NCBI GenBank assembly: GCA_039096225.1
Contig: JBBPEB010000028.1
Location: forward strand, 434,001 to 498,000
Reading direction: 5' to 3'
Origin: Blastocystis sp. Blastoise
Taxonomy: Eukaryota > Protista > Bigyra: Opalinata
Length of the DNA: 64,000 nucleotides
In this document: positions 62,501-64,000 of the stretch, piece by piece
How positions within the stretch are numbered: position 1 is the stretch's first letter
Layout: the number at the start of each line of letters is the position of its first letter
Notes under the pieces: generated by a model
The model's input: only the letters and a program-made list of their open reading frames with translations
Told to the model about the DNA's origin: nothing
Databases searched by the model: none
Position numbers and translations under genes: made by a program

Positions 62501-62679
62501 TTTTGCGATTTTTAGCCAGAAATTTAGAGTTTTTGAAAAATTTCTTTAACAGTCATTTTCAGAATTGTGTTCCGGATTTTATGATGTTATTTTTATTTTA
62601 TAAAAGTTAATAACAAAGTCAAGAATAGTGAAAGTCTGTGAGACACCGTACGCTACATGAACTAAATTAAGGATATTAA
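56465..62679 (-). mobile_element. Inner complete 6.2-kb copy (A 62679-59442, B 59441-56465) of the Helitron-like composite
   Basis: 5'-TT start, 3' subterminal hairpin and CTTG end. Inserted between A and T with no target-site duplication and no terminal inverted repeats. Confidence 0.8.
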
Positions 62680-64000
62680 TGTTGAACTGATACTGACAAT
62701 GTTTGCTTTAAAAAGTCAGTTATGAGTCATTATGAGTTGTATATGTCATAAATAAGCTTTAAATAAATAAATTTGTTTTTAATTGTCTTTAATTAGTGAA
62801 ATAAGTCGTTTAAAAAAAGAAAATGTTTTTGAGACTAAAATTTATTTTGACAATTTTTCCATCAATATTTATTTTTAAAAAATAAATAAAACTTATTTAT
62901 AAACTAGACAACCTATAGTATATATATTTATAAAAATTTTATCTAAATATAAAATAACTTTTGAGATAAAAAATTATATATGCAAAACATAAAAAAATTA
63001 ATTTTTGGAAAAAGGGTATACTTTATAACATTAATTTCTCAGTCAATATTTAATTATATTTAATAATTTTAATAAATTAATATAGAGAATAAAATATATT
63101 AACGATATAAATTTTAACATTTAAAATTAATTAAGAAATGAGTTCAGTAGAGTCAATAGTATAACATGTTAAAAAACTGAAAATTGAAAAATCGTTTTTC
63201 TAAAAATTTTCCGAAAGTTGACAAATCAAATTCATATTTGACAATTAATTTTTACATATTTGATAACTAGACCTTATATGTATTGCATATCTCTAAAAAA
63301 TAGTCAAAATTGAGTTTGACGAGTGTATGAGTATATGCACATGTTGACTCATAATTTTGAAAAAAGTAGTTCGATGTGTCCTAAATCACATATTAGGGCA
63401 ATTCTGAAAATATTATCACTTTATAATGAGTTTAAAGGGTAAAATAATTTTGAATTGTCTGTTTGACTGTCTTAAGTTAAGAGATTCAATACACTTTTTG
63501 TAAAAATGAGTATTAGAGTGTTTAATGTTTATAATAATTAAAGAATTGTTTGAAATAAAGGTGGTTGTGTGTTTGACCAAAATGTTAAAATGAGTCTATT
63601 TTTCTAAAATGGTTGTAATAAGTATGTATAGAGTGTTTTTAAATTGTTTTATATTAAAATCTACAATAAATAAACATTTTAAGTTGTTTAAAAATTTGAT
63701 TCTTTAGAATTACAATAGTTAAGTCAAGAGATTCAAGTCACTTTTTATAATAATAAAAAATAGAGTCATAATAGAATATAGAATATTAAAAATTAGTCTA
63801 ATTAAATGTGGTTGACTGTTTGATAGGAATGTTAAAATGGGTAAAAAGATTTTAATTGTTTCTAAAACAGTATAATACGTTTTTTTGTCACTAAATACAA
63901 AAATATTATAGTTTAAAGAATGTTTTTTGTCTTTCAAAAGAACTCATTTTTTGTAATTGTGACTTTAAATAAATGAAATTCAAGTTATTTTTTACAAATT

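Larger units (their letters stand above)
51949..64000 (+). mobile_element. Outer copy of a non-autonomous Helitron-like composite element (unit A 51949-55185, unit B 55186-56464 + 62680->64000), interrupted by an inverted copy of itself
   Basis: Both units start A|TTAATATCCTTAATTTAGTTCATGTAGCGTACGG. Unit B is split at GACAACA|TGTTGAAC. No transposase ORF. Confidence 0.75.

Noticed and set aside
51949-62679. TIR DNA transposon, Polinton or foldback element with 4.5-kb terminal inverted repeats
   Set aside because: No coding core and no TSD. The inverted arms are fully explained by nested inverted insertion at a reconstructable A|T target.
54268-63937. Four copies of a 72-aa ORF (MKDKKHSLN...)
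   Set aside because: TTG start, antisense to the element, lies within the 247-bp subrepeat, and has no recognisable domain. It recurs only because the element is repeated.

Overview
Extremely AT-rich, intron-dense eukaryotic (protist) nuclear DNA using the standard code. A TGTTT(T)GTT motif after most stop codons and the gene content suggest a stramenopile near Blastocystis, but this is inference. Positions 1-~49.6 kb are gene-dense and mostly head-to-head pairs: VPS13B-like (3'-partial), mitoribosomal mS33, HslU, EIPR1/TSSC1, RCL1, ARP4, a BTB/LRR-like unknown, ARC1/AIMP1, atlastin, NPL4, PNKP, a low-complexity unknown, tetraspanin, a small unknown and SGF11. These are followed by a structured ncRNA candidate, a spliced ORF-less transcript and a disrupted PHD-Scc2/NIPBL fragment. 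A 54-bp minisatellite then leads into 12 kb without genes. I resolve this 12 kb as a non-autonomous Helitron-like dimer that has inserted, inverted and without target duplication, into its own second unit. The most unusual signals are three: (1) the GC-only palindrome C(C)CGCGG(G) and its CCGTGG/CCACGG variants, iterated through exons in all reading frames; (2) introns whose ends are self-complementary (TA)n tracts with no polypyrimidine tract; (3) the nested rolling-circle element. Most poly-I/Y/L ORFs in the ORF track are intronic microsatellite artefacts. Exon boundaries were traced by eye and counts are manual.
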